Below are positions 31,164 to 43,624 of a DNA stretch of 64,000 bases, in pieces. Within the stretch, counting starts at the first letter, position 1, and the number at the start of each line of letters is the position of its first letter. This stretch comes from an uncultured Actinomycetota bacterium (GTDB lineage: Bacteria > Actinomycetota > Actinomycetes > Prado026). Position numbers and translations under genes: made by a program. The stretch spans positions 113,047 through 177,046 of the forward strand of contig CAVYVA010000001.1 in the NCBI GenBank assembly GCA_963771835.1, given 5' to 3'. Under the pieces are notes generated by a model. That model ran no database searches and was not told the DNA's origin. It was given only the letters and a program-made list of their open reading frames with translations.

Positions 31164-33552
31164 TCAACCGCCGGCCGCCGCCCCGCGTCGGGCGAACGGA
31201 CGCCGCACCAGGTCGCGCAGCCGCGCACCGAGATCGTCGGTCCAGTCCAGGACGTCGGCGAACCGCTCGGACACCCCGGCGAGCACGGACACCGGGATGA
31301 ACCGCGCCCGCCACCGCTCGCGGCTCGAGGCCTGCGCCTCCATGGCCTGCGCCACGGCCCTCGCGTCCACGGCCGGGTCGCTGCCCGAGAGCACGTCGAC
31401 GTCGGTCCGCGCGTACCGCGACCGTTCGACGGCGCGGGCCAGCCGGACCGCGGCCGCCGACACCTCGTCGCCGACGCCGGACGCGATGATCGAGTCGGCG
31501 GTGCGCCGCGGGGTCCTGGCGACCGGCCACGGGTCCTCGCAGGTCGCGCGCGGTGTCGGCGAGCTCGAGCCAGGCCAGTCGCACCGTCTCCCGCGCAGTG
31601 TCCACGTCCACAGCCCGACCAGGACGCAGCCGACGCCGACGGCGCACCACCCGCGCCGTGGCCGGCAGCAGCATCACCACGATGGCGATCCCGCCGAGCA
31701 GCAGGGCCCACGGGAACGTCGCCGGCTCGACCGTGGCGCTCGGCGTCTTCGGCGCGAACGGGTTCGCCGGTACGTCACCTCCCGAGCCGCGGTTGAAGCC
31801 CTCGTGGAGCTTGTCGAAGGGGACCCCGCCGTTGTTCTGCCCGCGGTCGATGATCGGGCCGCTCCCGTTGGGTCCGGGTGCCCAGGCTGGCTGCACCACT
31901 CCTGCCGGCGCCGACGCGGTGGGTTCGAAGCGCACCCAGCCGATCCCGTAGAAGTACACCTCGGGCCAGGCGTGCGCGTTGTGGTTGGTGACCGACCTCA
32001 GCCCGTTGCTGTCCGGGGCCGAACCCGGGGTGAACCCGATCTCGACCCGCGTCGGCAGGTGGGCCTGTCGCGCCATCACGGCGAACGCGCCGGCGAACTG
32101 CTGGCAGAAGCCTGCCCGGTTCGTGAGGAACGAGACCAGCGGGTTGCCGGTGAACACCGGTGTCGTCGTGTACTTGAACTTGTTGACCGGGTCGATGAAG
32201 AACGCCTGCAGCGCCAACGCCTTGTCGTAAGCCGTGGTCTTGCCGGCGATGATCTGGTTGGTCTTCGCGAGTACCGACGACGGGATGTTGTCGGGGAGCT
32301 GGGTGTACGCGTCCTGGATGTCTGGCGACGGCGGGCCTGCGGCCCTCAGCTCGGCGGCGGTCGGTGCGAGGTGACGGCTGTGCACGGTGTACGTCTGGCC
32401 GCGTGTGGTGCTGGCACCGTTGCTGAAGACGTCAAGGGTCGTGGCGTCGTACGACCATCGTCCGGTCAGCCCGGCGATCGACCCGCCCGGATAGGTGACC
32501 GGCAACCAGTCCTGGTTCAGTCCCAGGATGCGGACGGTCGTGCTCACCTCGGTGCCCGCGATGTCGGGCGCCGAGGCAGGAAGCTGCCCGACGTCGCCCG
32601 CGATCCGCTGCGCAGCGGGCTTCCACTTGCTGCCGTCGAAGTTGTCGAGCGTGATGACGCGGAAGTAGTCGGCGTCAGGGTCGGTGGTGGTGTACTTCAT
32701 CAGCGTGACCTCGGACTTGCGGGTGAGGAAGCCACCCAGCTCGTCGACCGGGTTCAGGGCGGAGACTGGGCCGCCCAAACCGCTCCCGTTCACGCCGGTG
32801 CCGCCGCCGCTCGACTTGAACAGACTGCTGCCCGCCCAGGGCATGAGCGCGGGCACGATCAGGGCCAGCCCGACCGCGGCGGCGCCGATCCGCCGCCCGA
32901 CCACGCCGAGCGGCTCGGGCGGGGTGTGCGTGAGCGGGTCGTCGTCCTTGGTCGAGCGCCGTCCCAGGGCCCGGCCCCACCCGGCCAGCCGTTCGCGCCC
33001 TTCGGCGAGCATCAGGGCGAGCCAGCCGATGGCCGCGGCGATGAAGAGCAGCACGGGCACGCCGCCCCGGACGACCGTGAGCGGGACCGCGTACAGCAGC
33101 AGCAGCGGGACCCCGGCCATCGCGGCCGAGCGGTAGGTGACCGCCAGCGCGTCGACCACCACCGCGACCAGCCCGGCGCCGGCCGCCGCGATCAGGACCA
33201 GGCCCGGGTCGGTCGGCGCCGGGGTGGCGTACTTGCGCATGCCCTCGAACCCGGACCGGACCAGGTCGTCGAGCACGCGCAGCGCGCCGGGACCGGGGAT
33301 GAGGCCGAGCACGGCGACGTCGCGCGCGTTCAGCCAGGTCACCGTGATGGTCACGGCGGCCAGGCCGAGCAGCGGGACGACCGGCCGCGGCAGCCCGATC
33401 CGACGTCCGAGGCCGCACCCCACCGCGGCGGCGGCGATCGACGCCACGACCGGCCAGAACCAGTTGCCGTCCTGGAACGTGCTCGACAACGACAGCGCCG
33501 CGAGCAGCGTGGCCAGCGCGGCGACGAACGTCAGTCGCGGCCTGGCGCTCAC
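31164..33552 (-). CDS. transglutaminase-domain membrane protein (DUF4129/TGase family), one frame break near 31.5 kb
   Basis: N-terminal multi-TM region, TGase core (FCQQFAGAFAVMARQAHLPTRVEIGF...HNAHAWPEVYFYGIGWVRFEPT = Cys-His-Asp triad context), C-terminal segment in ORF 31164..31463 (ARAVERSRYARTDVDVLSGSDPAVDA...). Confidence 0.7.
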
Positions 33553-34874
33553 GGCGCGGCCGCCCAGGTCGGCGTGCCCGGCGCAGCGCCGCTGCCGTCG
33601 GCGCCGACGCCGAGGGTGAACGAGACCGGCGAGCTGGCGACGTACGGCCAGACGTCGGCGAGGCGCTGGCCGGCAGCCAGCGTCACGACCCGCCAGCCGG
33701 CCCCGCGCAGCACGGCGACCGGGCCGGACTGGTCGGCCTGCGGGGCGCGGTCCCGCGCGGCGGCGGACCGCCAGGTCTCCACGTCGAGCGCGACGGCGAG
33801 CACCGATCCCGCCCCGTGCCGGTAGCGCACGAGCTCGGCGGCCTCGTCGACGGTGAGCGCGCCGAGCACCGCGACGGTGAGACCCTCGCCGGCTGCGCGC
33901 AGCACCGGCCCGGCCAGCTGCAGCGAGCGGTTGGTCGACGGCTCGACGACGGCCAGCGCGTCCAGCAACGAGTCCTCCTGCTCTCCGCGCAGGTCGGTGA
34001 CCGACGCGGTGATCCGCCGTCCTCCGTCGGTGACGAGGTCGAGGGAGAACCCGGACCGTCCCAGGTGCACCCCGAGCGACGCGGCGGCCGACACGGCGAC
34101 CTCGAACGAGGAGGCCGGACCCTCGCCGCGGTGCGCCTGGGCGCGGGTGTCCAGGAGGAGCAGGCCGCGGCTCTCCCACGGCTGCTCCTCGCGACGGACC
34201 ATCAGCTCGCCCCGGTGCGCGGTCGAGCGCCAGTGGATCCGACGCAGGTCGTCCCCGCGCCGGTAGTCGCGGGTGACGACGTCGTCCTCGCCGGCCGACG
34301 CGATCGACCGTGCCTTCGACTCCCCGCTCCCGGCCCAGTCGCCCCCGAGCGGCAGGGGCGGCAGCTTCTCCACCAGCGGGGTGACGACGAACGCGTCGGT
34401 GTTCGTGAACGACCGCACCAGCTCGCACATCCCGAACGGGTCGGTCAGCCGGATCGACAACGGGCCCAGCGCGAAGCGGCCGCGGGCCTCCGAGCGCAAC
34501 GAGTACGCGACGTCGCGAGTGCCGCGCGGCTCGACACGGTCCAGCACGAACCTCGGCCGCGCCCCGAGCACGTACGGGATGCGGTCCTCCAGCAGCAGCA
34601 GCCCGGTCGGCAGCCGCGAGACGTTCTCGAGCCGCAGCACCACGCGCGCGTCGCTGCCGACCGGCGCCCTGGCCGGCTCGAGCCGCCGCGAAGACGCGAT
34701 GCGGTAGCGCGTGCGCGACACGACGACGGCACTGACGAGGGGGAGCGCGGCGACCAGCACCGCGATCCGCAGGAGGTCCCGCTGCCCGAACAGCAGCGCG
34801 CACAACGCGGACGCGCCTCCTGCCCCCAGGAAGCATCGCCCTCGAGTGGTGAGCCCGCGCAGGGCCTGCCGCAT
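33549..34874 (-). CDS. DUF58 domain protein (vWA-like, MoxR partner)
   Basis: TM-anchored protein with DUF58 core (DFREYRPGDDLRRIHWRSTAHRGELMVRREEQ-like: VTRDYRRGDDLRRIHWRSTAHRGELMVRREEQ). Confidence 0.75.
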   Translation of the reverse strand: MRQALRGLTTRGRCFLGAGGASALCALLFGQRDLLRIAVLVAALPLVSAVVVSRTRYRIASSRRLEPARAPVGSDARVVLRLENVSRLPTGLLLLEDRIPYVLGARPRFVLDRVEPRGTRDVAYSLRSEARGRFALGPLSIRLTDPFGMCELVRSFTNTDAFVVTPLVEKLPPLPLGGDWAGSGESKARSIASAGEDDVVTRDYRRGDDLRRIHWRSTAHRGELMVRREEQPWESRGLLLLDTRAQAHRGEGPASSFEVAVSAAASLGVHLGRSGFSLDLVTDGGRRITASVTDLRGEQEDSLLDALAVVEPSTNRSLQLAGPVLRAAGEGLTVAVLGALTVDEAAELVRYRHGAGSVLAVALDVETWRSAAARDRAPQADQSGPVAVLRGAGWRVVTLAAGQRLADVWPYVASSPVSFTLGVGADGSGAAPGTPTWAAAP

Positions 34875-34896
34875 ACCGCCGCCTCGCCCGGGCGCC

Positions 34897-35880
<984 letters not shown>

Positions 35881-36183
35881 GGAGAACATGAGAACACGGA
35901 CGGGCACGTCGTGGGCAGCCCACCACCGAACCGCGGTCACGGGACGTGCTCCACGCTCCTCCACCCGGGCGGCTTCCCGCCCCGGCCCGGCCGGGTTGGA
36001 CAGGAGCCCAGCTGGCGCGCACCGGCCCGGCGCCCGCGGCGTGCACCGGGGCCGCGACGCCGAGGTCCCCGACGGGGGACGCGGCTGCTCAGGACGCTCC
36101 ACCGGGCTCCACCGGGCTGACCTGCGCGAACGCGCGGGCGGCGGCCGTCGAGCCCGGAGAACGGGGGCGTTTCGGGGTTGACG

Positions 36184-36209
36184 GTGGAGTGTTGTGGAGT
36201 ACTGTGGCG
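36184..36209 (+). promoter_or_regulatory. MraZ operator: three direct repeats GTGGAG-N4-GTGGAG-N4-GTGGCG at 10-bp periodicity upstream of mraZ
   Basis: Read from sequence (ggtGGAGtgttGTGGAGtactGTGGCGcc); matches the conserved GTGG[AT]G-N4 triple direct-repeat MraZ binding array found in the mraZ promoter of many bacteria. Confidence 0.6.
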
Positions 36210-36267
36210 CCCACTGGAGCCGAGGGGTCCGACGAGGGGTCCACGTGGCGGGTCGGGAGGTGGCGGC

Positions 36268-36699
36268 GTGTTCCTTGGCACGCACCAACCCCGCCTGGAC
36301 GAGAAGGGCCGGCTGTTCCTGCCGGCGAAGTTCCGCGACGAGCTGGCCGGAGGCCTGGTGATCACGAAGGGGCAGGAGCGCTGCCTGTACGTGTTCCCCG
36401 CTGCCGAGTTCGCCGCGATGACCGAACGGATGTCCGCGGCACCGGTCACCAGCAAGGCGGGCCGCGACTACATGCGCGTGCTGTTCGCCGGGGCCAGCGA
36501 CGAGACCGCCGACAAGCAGGGCCGCGTGATGATCCCGGCCGGCCTGCGCACGTACGCCGGGCTGGACCGCGACGTCGTCGTCATCGGGGCCAACACCCGG
36601 CTCGAGATCTGGGACCGCGGCACGTGGGAGACGTACCTGGCGGCGCAGGAGCCGCAGTTCGCCGACCTGTCGGAGGAGGTGCTGCCCGGGCTGATGTGA
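36268..36699 (+). CDS. mraZ: transcriptional regulator MraZ
   Basis: [26 protein letters not shown]...two DXXXR repeats; 143 aa. Confidence 0.9.
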   Translation: MFLGTHQPRLDEKGRLFLPAKFRDELAGGLVITKGQERCLYVFPAAEFAAMTERMSAAPVTSKAGRDYMRVLFAGASDETADKQGRVMIPAGLRTYAGLDRDVVVIGANTRLEIWDRGTWETYLAAQEPQFADLSEEVLPGLM

Positions 36700-36901
36700 C
36701 CCATGCGTGTGGCGCGAGGTCTCCACCCGCTTCTCTCCTGGCTCACCTTCCCCGGTGCCAGGGGCTTCCCGGAGCGGTTGGGGACCTGGCGGCACACGAA
36801 CGAGAACGCAGGCACAAGACAGACGGCGAAAGCCAGACAGACAGCACGTGCAGGCCGGTCACCCGGTGGTCCGCGAGCCACCGCAGCGCGAGAGGGTCGA
36901 G

Positions 36902-37093
36902 ATGAGCGCGAGCGTCACGCATCCGAGCGCCGCAAGAGCGCCCGAGCCCGAGCCGGCCTGGTACGAGGGTCTGGCGTTCTCCGGCCCGCTCGACCCGGCC
37001 GGGACACTGTTCGCCTTCCTGCTGGCGCTGGTGGCGACCGTCGGGCTGGTCGTCGTGGTCGCTGCCGTCGTCCGCATGGTCAGCGCGGGCTGA
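36902..37093 (+). CDS. possible small membrane protein between mraZ and rsmH (63 aa)
   Basis: ATG ORF with C-terminal hydrophobic helix ([22 protein letters not shown]); could be spurious. Confidence 0.2.
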   Translation: MSASVTHPSAARAPEPEPAWYEGLAFSGPLDPAGTLFAFLLALVATVGLVVVVAAVVRMVSAG

Positions 37094-37102
37094 GCCGGTC
37101 CG

Positions 37103-38061
37103 TGTCCGCCCCGAACCCCCGGCACGTGCCGGTGCTGCTGGAGCGCTGCGTCGCGCTGCTCGCGCCCGCGGTCACCGGCCCCGGCGCCGTGCTCGTCGAC
37201 GCGACCCTCGGGCTCGGCGGGCACAGCGAGGCGTTCCTGCAGCGGTTCCCGGGGCTGCGGCTGGTGGGCCTGGACCGCGACCAGGAGGCCCTGGACCTGT
37301 CCAGGGCGCGGCTCGCCCCGTTCGCCGACCGGGTCGCGTTCGTGCACGCGGTCTACGACGAGCTGCCGACGGTGCTCGCCGGCCTGGGGCTGGCGCAGGT
37401 GCAGGGCGTGCTGTTCGACCTCGGGGTGTCGAGCCTGCAGCTGGACGAGGTCGACCGCGGCTTCGCGTACGCGCAGGACGGCCCGCTGGACATGCGGATG
37501 GACCCGAGCGGTGGGCGTACCGCGGCGGACGTCCTCAACACCTACCCGGCGGCCGAGCTGGCGAGGGTGCTGCGCGAGTACGGCGAGGAGCGGTTCGCGC
37601 GGCGCATCGCCGACCGCGTGGTCCGCGACCGCGAAGTCGCCCCGTTCGAGCGGTCCGCGCGGCTGGTGGAGCTGGTCCGCGCGGCGGTCCCGGCGGCCAC
37701 GAGGCGTACCGGCGGCAACCCGGCCAAGCGGACGTTCCAGGCCCTGCGCATCGAGGTGAACGACGAGCTCGCCGCGCTCGAGCGCGCGCTGCCGGCCGCC
37801 GTCGAGGCGCTGGCCGTGGGCGGCCGCATCGTGGTGCTGTCGTACCAGTCGCTCGAGGACCGGCTGGTCAAGCGCGTCCTCGGCTCCGGAGCCTCGACGA
37901 CCGCGCCGCCTGACCTGCCGGTCGTCCCGGAGGCCCTGCAGCCCCGGCTGCGGCTGCTGACGCGAGGGGCGGAGACCGCCGACGCCGCCGAGGTCGAGGC
38001 GAACCCGCGGGCCGCCTCGGTACGGCTGCGCGCCGCGACCCGGATCCGGGCGGCGGCATGA
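37103..38061 (+). CDS. rsmH: 16S rRNA (cytosine1402-N4)-methyltransferase RsmH (MraW)
   Basis: SAM-binding [39 protein letters not shown] motifs. Confidence 0.9.
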
Positions 38062-38640
38062 GCGCCGTCTCGGGCGCGGCCGAGACCGGCGCTCGCGCCA
38101 CCAGGGCCCAGGCGCAGCGGACGGCGGAAGCCGCGGCCCGGCTGCAGCTGGTCGCGCCGGCGGGGACGCAGGGCGTCGTCGGGCGCGTTCGTGCTGCTGC
38201 TGACCGGGCTGCTCGGGGTTGGCCTGCTCGGCCTGCTCGCGGTGAACACGGTGCTGGCGCAGGGCTCCTTCGCCACCAGCGACCTGGCCGCCAAGCAGGA
38301 CGCGCTGGCCCAGCAGGAGCAGCAGCTCCAGCAGGAGGTCGCGCTGCTGCAGTCCCCGCAGCAGCTCGCGGCGGCGGCCGCCGCGCTGGGCATGGTCGGT
38401 ACGCACAACCCGGTGTTCATCGACACGAGGACCGGGAAGATCCTCGGCGTGCCGCAGGCCGCGCCGCGTCCAGCGCCCACGGCGGCGGCCACGACCGGCC
38501 CCACCGCCGGCGTCGGCGCCCGGTGCCACGCCGGGCGCGACGCCCGGTGCGAGCAGCGGTCCGACGACGACTCCGACGGCCAGGGCGAGCAGCCCCGCCC
38601 AGGCCGTCCCCGCACCCGTCCCCGACAGGCACCCGATGAC
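38058..38640 (+). CDS. ftsL: cell division protein FtsL-like (short N-tail, single TM, coiled coil), frame break near 38.18 kb; 3' end uncertain
   Basis: ATGA overlap with rsmH; TM helix [26 protein letters not shown] then coiled coil [27 protein letters not shown] in the second frame. Confidence 0.55.
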
Positions 38641-38714
38641 CAGGCCCGGGCCGCCCCCCTCGCAGCCACGACGGCAGCCCCAGCCCGCGCGGCAGCAGCC
38701 GACCGGGCGGTCAG

Positions 38715-40628
38715 GTGGGGGCGCAGCCGCAACCAGGGCGCGCGCCGGTCAGCCGCGGCCGTCCGCCCGAACCACGACAGGCCGAACGCACGACAGGACG
38801 AACCACGACCGGCCGGACCCAGCCGGACCCGGCCCTGCGTCCTCGCCCGGCCGCCGGGCGGCGCCCGACGGCGCCCGCGCGGCGCCCACCCCAGCGCCGG
38901 GCCCCGCGCACGCTGCGGCTCACCGACCCCGCCACCCGCCTGCGCGCCGGTGGCGTGGTGCTCGCGCTGGTGGGGTCGCTGTTCATGGGTCGCCTGCTCC
39001 AGCTCCAGGCCGTCGACGCGCCGTCGTACGCCGCCAGGGCGGAGGCCGGCCGGCTGCGCACCGTCGAGCTGCCGGCCGCCCGCGGGAACATCACCGACAG
39101 CGCGGGCGTCGTGCTGGCGACCTCGGTCGCGGCCGTGGACGTCACCGTCGACCAGACCCTGGTGACCGACCCGGCCGCCGAGGCGATGGCGCTGGCACCG
39201 GTGCTCGGTCTCGAGGCCGGCGAGATCGTGCAGAAGCTGACCGGCACCAAGCGCTTCGCGTACGTCGCCCGGCAGGTGTCGCCCCAGGCGTGGGACCAGG
39301 TCCGGGCGATGCAGCTGCCCGGGATCTTCAAGCAGGACACGACCCAACGTGTGTACCCGGCCGGCGGGCTGGCCGCCGCCGTGGTCGGCTTCGTCGGACG
39401 CGACGGGTCCGGGCTCGGCGGGCTGGAGCTGTCGGACAACGGGCTGCTGGCCGGGACGAACGGTGTCGACACCTACGAGGCGGGGGCCGGCGGCCGGGAG
39501 ATCCCGAGCTCGGAGTCCAGCCAGCGCGACCCGGTGGACGGCAGCTCGATCCGGCTGACGATCAACCGCGACATCCAGTGGGCCGCCGAGCGCGCGCTCG
39601 CGGCCGAGGTCAAGTCGGCCGGCGCCGACAGCGGGACCGTCGTGGTGATGGACCCGCGCACCGGCGCGATCCTCGCGCTGGCGACGGCGCCGAGCTTCGA
39701 CCCCGGGAACCCTGGTGCGGCACCGGTCGGCGACCGCGGCAACCGGGCCCTCTCGGAGGTGTACGAGCCCGGCTCGACCAGCAAGGTCATGACCGTCGCC
39801 GCGGTGATCCAGGAGAAGACCATGACGCCGCTCACGGCGATCACGGTGCCCAACAGCCTGATGCGCGGCGGCCGTGTCTTCCACGACGACGTCAGCCACG
39901 GCACCTGGCACCTGACGCTGACCGGGGTGCTGGCGAAGTCCAGCAACCTCGGAGCGATCCAGGCGGCCGACACCCTCGGCGAGAGGAAGCTGTACTCGTA
40001 CCTCAAGGCGTTCGGGATGGGCGACCCGACCGGGATGGCGTTCCCGGGCGAGAGCCGAGGCATCCTCGCTCCGGTCTCCAGGTGGTCCAAGGCGCAGTTC
40101 GCCACGCTGGCGTTCGGCCAGGGCATGTCGCTGAACGCCGTCCAGGCCACGTCCGTGTACGCCACGATCGCGAACGACGGCGTGCGCGTCGAGCCGACGC
40201 TGGTGGCCGGCACCACCGCGCCGGACGGCACGTTCACCTCGACCCCGCCCGCGGCCCAGATCAAGGTGGTGAGCCCGCAGACCGCCGCGACGGTGCGCGC
40301 GATGCTGGAGAGCGTCGTGTCCGACGACGGCACCGCCCCGAGGGCCAAGATCGCCGGCTACCGGGTCGCCGGCAAGACCGGCACGGCCAACCGCGTCGAC
40401 CCGGAATGCGGCTGCTACCGCGGCTACACGGCGTCGTTCATCGGTTTCGCCCCCGCGGACCACCCCCGGCTGGTCGTGTCGGTGGTGCTGCAGAACCCGC
40501 GGCACGGCCACTTCGGCGGCACCCTGGCGGCGCCGGTGTTCAAGACCGTGATGTCGTTCGCCCTGCAGAGCCTGGACATCCCGCCGACCGGCTCGGTGGC
40601 TCCGCGGATGCGGCTGTGGGCGCGTTGA
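38715..40628 (+). CDS. ftsI: peptidoglycan D,D-transpeptidase FtsI (class B PBP)
   Basis: TM anchor, PBP dimerisation domain, transpeptidase motifs STSK (EPGSTSKV), SSN (KSSNLG), KTG (AGKTGTA). Confidence 0.9.
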   Translation: MGAQPQPGRAPVSRGRPPEPRQAERTTGRTTTGRTQPDPALRPRPAAGRRPTAPARRPPQRRAPRTLRLTDPATRLRAGGVVLALVGSLFMGRLLQLQAVDAPSYAARAEAGRLRTVELPAARGNITDSAGVVLATSVAAVDVTVDQTLVTDPAAEAMALAPVLGLEAGEIVQKLTGTKRFAYVARQVSPQAWDQVRAMQLPGIFKQDTTQRVYPAGGLAAAVVGFVGRDGSGLGGLELSDNGLLAGTNGVDTYEAGAGGREIPSSESSQRDPVDGSSIRLTINRDIQWAAERALAAEVKSAGADSGTVVVMDPRTGAILALATAPSFDPGNPGAAPVGDRGNRALSEVYEPGSTSKVMTVAAVIQEKTMTPLTAITVPNSLMRGGRVFHDDVSHGTWHLTLTGVLAKSSNLGAIQAADTLGERKLYSYLKAFGMGDPTGMAFPGESRGILAPVSRWSKAQFATLAFGQGMSLNAVQATSVYATIANDGVRVEPTLVAGTTAPDGTFTSTPPAAQIKVVSPQTAATVRAMLESVVSDDGTAPRAKIAGYRVAGKTGTANRVDPECGCYRGYTASFIGFAPADHPRLVVSVVLQNPRHGHFGGTLAAPVFKTVMSFALQSLDIPPTGSVAPRMRLWAR

Positions 40629-40646
40629 CCCGGGTAGCCTCGCGCC

Positions 40647-42191
40647 GTGCCCGCTGCTGACGGAGCGCGTCTCCCGCGCCCGGTCGTACCTCCGCGTCCG
40701 CTCGGCGAGCTGGCCGGGCTGCTGGGGCTGCGGACCGACCCCGAGGCGATGGGGCCCGGGCTCACCGGGGTCACGCTGGACTCCCGGTCGGTCGTCGCGG
40801 GCGACCTGTACGCCGCGGTGCCGGGCAGCCGTGCGCACGGCGCCGAGTTCTGCGTGCAGGCCGCGGCCGGCGGGGCCGTGGCCGTGCTCACCGACGACGA
40901 CGGTCGCGCCCGTGCCGTGGCGGCGGGGCTGCCGGTCCTGGTGGTGCCCGACCCGCGGGCGGTCCTCGGCGAGGTGGCGGCGTGGGTGTACGGGCACCCC
41001 GGCGATCGGCTGCTGCTGATCGGGATCACCGGGACCAACGGCAAGACGACGACCGCGTACCTCGTCGAGGCCGGGCTGCGCGCGGCCGGCCACCGCACCG
41101 GCCTGCTGGGCACGGTCCAGACTCGGGTCGGCGACGAGGTGATGGACAGCGCCCGGACCACACCCGAGGCCCCGGACGTCCAGGCGCTGATGGCGCTCAT
41201 GGTCGAGCGCGGGTGCACGGCCGCGGTGATGGAGGTCTCCAGCCACGCGCTGTCGCTGGGCCGCATCGACGGGCTCGTGTTCGACGTCGCCGTGTTCACG
41301 AACCTCAGCCAGGACCACCTCGACTTCCACGGCACGATCGAGGAGTACTTCGCGGCCAAGGCTTCACTGTTCACGTCGAAGCGCACCCGCGCGGCGCTCG
41401 TCGACGTGGACGACGCGTACGGGCGACGACTCGCGGCGCAGTCCCCGGTCCCGGTGACGACCTGCTCGAGTCGCGGCGACGCGTCGGCGGACTGGCGTGC
41501 GCAGGACGTGCGGACCGGTCCGGACGGCTCGGCGTTCACCGTGCTCGGACCTTCCGGGGAGCGCGTGTCCGTGGCGCTGCGGCTGCCGGGCGCGTTCAAC
41601 GTCGCGAACGGCCTGTGCGCAGTGGTCGCGCTGGCGCACGCCGGGGTGCCGCTGCCGGTCGCGGCCGCGGGGGTGGGCGCGCTCGAGGGCGTGCCGGGGC
41701 GGATGGAGCCGGTGCGCGCCGGGCAGCCGTACCTCGCGCTCGTCGACTACGCGCACACGCCGGACGCGGTGGCCACCCTCCTGGACGCGGTCCGCCGGCT
41801 GGTCCCGGGCCGGGTGCTGCTGGTGCTCGGGTGCGGCGGCGACCGCGACCCGTACAAGCGCCCGTTGATGGGGGCGGCCGCGGTGCGCGGCTCGGACCTC
41901 GCGGTGCTCACCTCGGACAACCCCCGCTCGGAGGACCCGGACGCGATCCTCGCGGCGATGGCCGCCGGCGCGTACGAAGTCGCCGGGGCCCGGGTCGCCG
42001 ACCGCGTCGTCGTCGAGCCCGACCGGGCCGCGGCGATCGGCCGCGCCGTACGGGCTGCGCGGGCCGGCGACGCCGTCGTGGTCGCCGGGAAGGGGCACGA
42101 GACCGGGCAGGAGGTGGCCGGCGTCGTCCGACCCTTCGATGACCGGGTGGAGCTGCGCCGCGCCATCGAGCGGACGGCGGTGGCGTCGTGA
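40647..42191 (+). CDS. murE: UDP-N-acetylmuramoyl-L-alanyl-D-glutamate--2,6-diaminopimelate ligase
   Basis: Mur ligase P-loop [14 protein letters not shown]; DAP-specificity region near the C-terminus (contains GCGGDRD); 514 aa. Confidence 0.9.
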   Translation: MPAADGARLPRPVVPPRPLGELAGLLGLRTDPEAMGPGLTGVTLDSRSVVAGDLYAAVPGSRAHGAEFCVQAAAGGAVAVLTDDDGRARAVAAGLPVLVVPDPRAVLGEVAAWVYGHPGDRLLLIGITGTNGKTTTAYLVEAGLRAAGHRTGLLGTVQTRVGDEVMDSARTTPEAPDVQALMALMVERGCTAAVMEVSSHALSLGRIDGLVFDVAVFTNLSQDHLDFHGTIEEYFAAKASLFTSKRTRAALVDVDDAYGRRLAAQSPVPVTTCSSRGDASADWRAQDVRTGPDGSAFTVLGPSGERVSVALRLPGAFNVANGLCAVVALAHAGVPLPVAAAGVGALEGVPGRMEPVRAGQPYLALVDYAHTPDAVATLLDAVRRLVPGRVLLVLGCGGDRDPYKRPLMGAAAVRGSDLAVLTSDNPRSEDPDAILAAMAAGAYEVAGARVADRVVVEPDRAAAIGRAVRAARAGDAVVVAGKGHETGQEVAGVVRPFDDRVELRRAIERTAVAS

Positions 42192-43624
42192 CCGGCGCGG
42201 TGACCGACGCCGTGCACGGCGCGGCGACTGGGGGGTGGACCGCGGCCGACGTCGCGGCCGCCGCGGGCGGACGGCTCGATCCGGCGGACGCGGCCGCCCT
42301 CGCCGTCGCAGCCGGCGCCAGCGTCGACTCGCGCGCGGTCGTCAGCGGCGGGCTGTTCGTCGCCGTCAAGGGCGAGCATGTCGACGGGTACGACTTCGCC
42401 GCGACCGCCGTGTCGTCCGGCGCTGCGCTGGTGCTCGCCGACCGGCCGGTGGCCGGCGTCCCGACCGTGATCGTCGACGACGTGGTCGGCGCGCTCGGCC
42501 GGGTCGCGCGCGGCTGGCTGGACCGGTTGCGGTCCGCCGGTCGCATCGACGTGGTCGCGGTGACCGGCTCGTCCGGCAAGACCACGACGAAGGACCTGCT
42601 GGCCGCCGTGCTGTCCGCCGCCGGACCGACCGTCGCGACGCCGGCCTCGTACAACAACGAGATCGGTCTGCCGCTCACGGTCCTGTCGGCTGCGCCGGGT
42701 ACTCGCTTCCTGGTGCTCGAGATGGGCGCGCGAGGCGCGGGGCACCTGAGCGACCTGACCCGCATCGCTCCGCCGGACGTCGCGGTCGTCCTGAACATCG
42801 GGTCCGCGCACGTCGGCGAGTTCGGCTCCCGCGAGCGGACCGCGCAGGCCAAGGGCGAGCTGGTGGCCGCGCTGGCGGACGACGGCGTGGCGATCCTCAA
42901 CGCCGACGACGGGCTGGTCGCGGGGATGTCCGGCCGCACCGGCGCCCGCGTCGTGAAGTTCGGCACCGGTGGAGCCGCAGACGTGCGCGCGTCCGACGTC
43001 CGGCTCGACGCCGGCCGCCCTCGATTCACGCTGGTCTCGCCGTCCGGGTCGGCCCCGGTGTCGCTCGCCCTGGTGGGCGCGCACCAGGTCTCGAACGCGC
43101 TGGCCGCCGCTGCGGTCGGACTGCAGGCGGGGCTGACCGTGGTGGCGGTCGCGCATGCGCTGGCGGCGGCGCAGCCGTCCAGCCGCTGGCGGATGCAGGT
43201 CGTCGACCGGCCGGACGGCGTGACCGTCGTCAACGACGCGTACAACGCCAACCCGGACTCGATGCGGGCCGCGCTGGAGGCGCTGGTCGCGGTCGCGGGC
43301 GGGCGCCGCAGCTGGGCGGTGCTCGGCGAGATGCTCGAGCTGGGGGAGTCCGCGGCCGCCGAGCACGAGGCGGTGGGACGCCTGGTCGCCGCGCTGGGCG
43401 TGGACCGGCTGGTGGTCGTCGGGAGCGGGGCCGGGCCGATCCGGGCCGGAGCGCTGCTCGCGCCCGCCTGGTCCGGCGAGTCGGTCGCGGTCGCGGACAA
43501 CGACGCGGCCCTGGCGGTGCTGCGCGCGGGGTTGCGGCCCGGCGACGTGGTGCTGGTCAAGGCGTCCCGGGCCGCGCGCCTGGAGCAGGTGGCCCTCGCC
43601 GTGGCGGGGGAGGCGGCGACGTGA
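42188..43624 (+). CDS. murF: UDP-N-acetylmuramoyl-tripeptide--D-alanyl-D-alanine ligase
   Basis: Mur ligase P-loop [14 protein letters not shown]; 478 aa; GTGA overlap with murE. Confidence 0.9.
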   Translation: MTGAVTDAVHGAATGGWTAADVAAAAGGRLDPADAAALAVAAGASVDSRAVVSGGLFVAVKGEHVDGYDFAATAVSSGAALVLADRPVAGVPTVIVDDVVGALGRVARGWLDRLRSAGRIDVVAVTGSSGKTTTKDLLAAVLSAAGPTVATPASYNNEIGLPLTVLSAAPGTRFLVLEMGARGAGHLSDLTRIAPPDVAVVLNIGSAHVGEFGSRERTAQAKGELVAALADDGVAILNADDGLVAGMSGRTGARVVKFGTGGAADVRASDVRLDAGRPRFTLVSPSGSAPVSLALVGAHQVSNALAAAAVGLQAGLTVVAVAHALAAAQPSSRWRMQVVDRPDGVTVVNDAYNANPDSMRAALEALVAVAGGRRSWAVLGEMLELGESAAAEHEAVGRLVAALGVDRLVVVGSGAGPIRAGALLAPAWSGESVAVADNDAALAVLRAGLRPGDVVLVKASRAARLEQVALAVAGEAAT

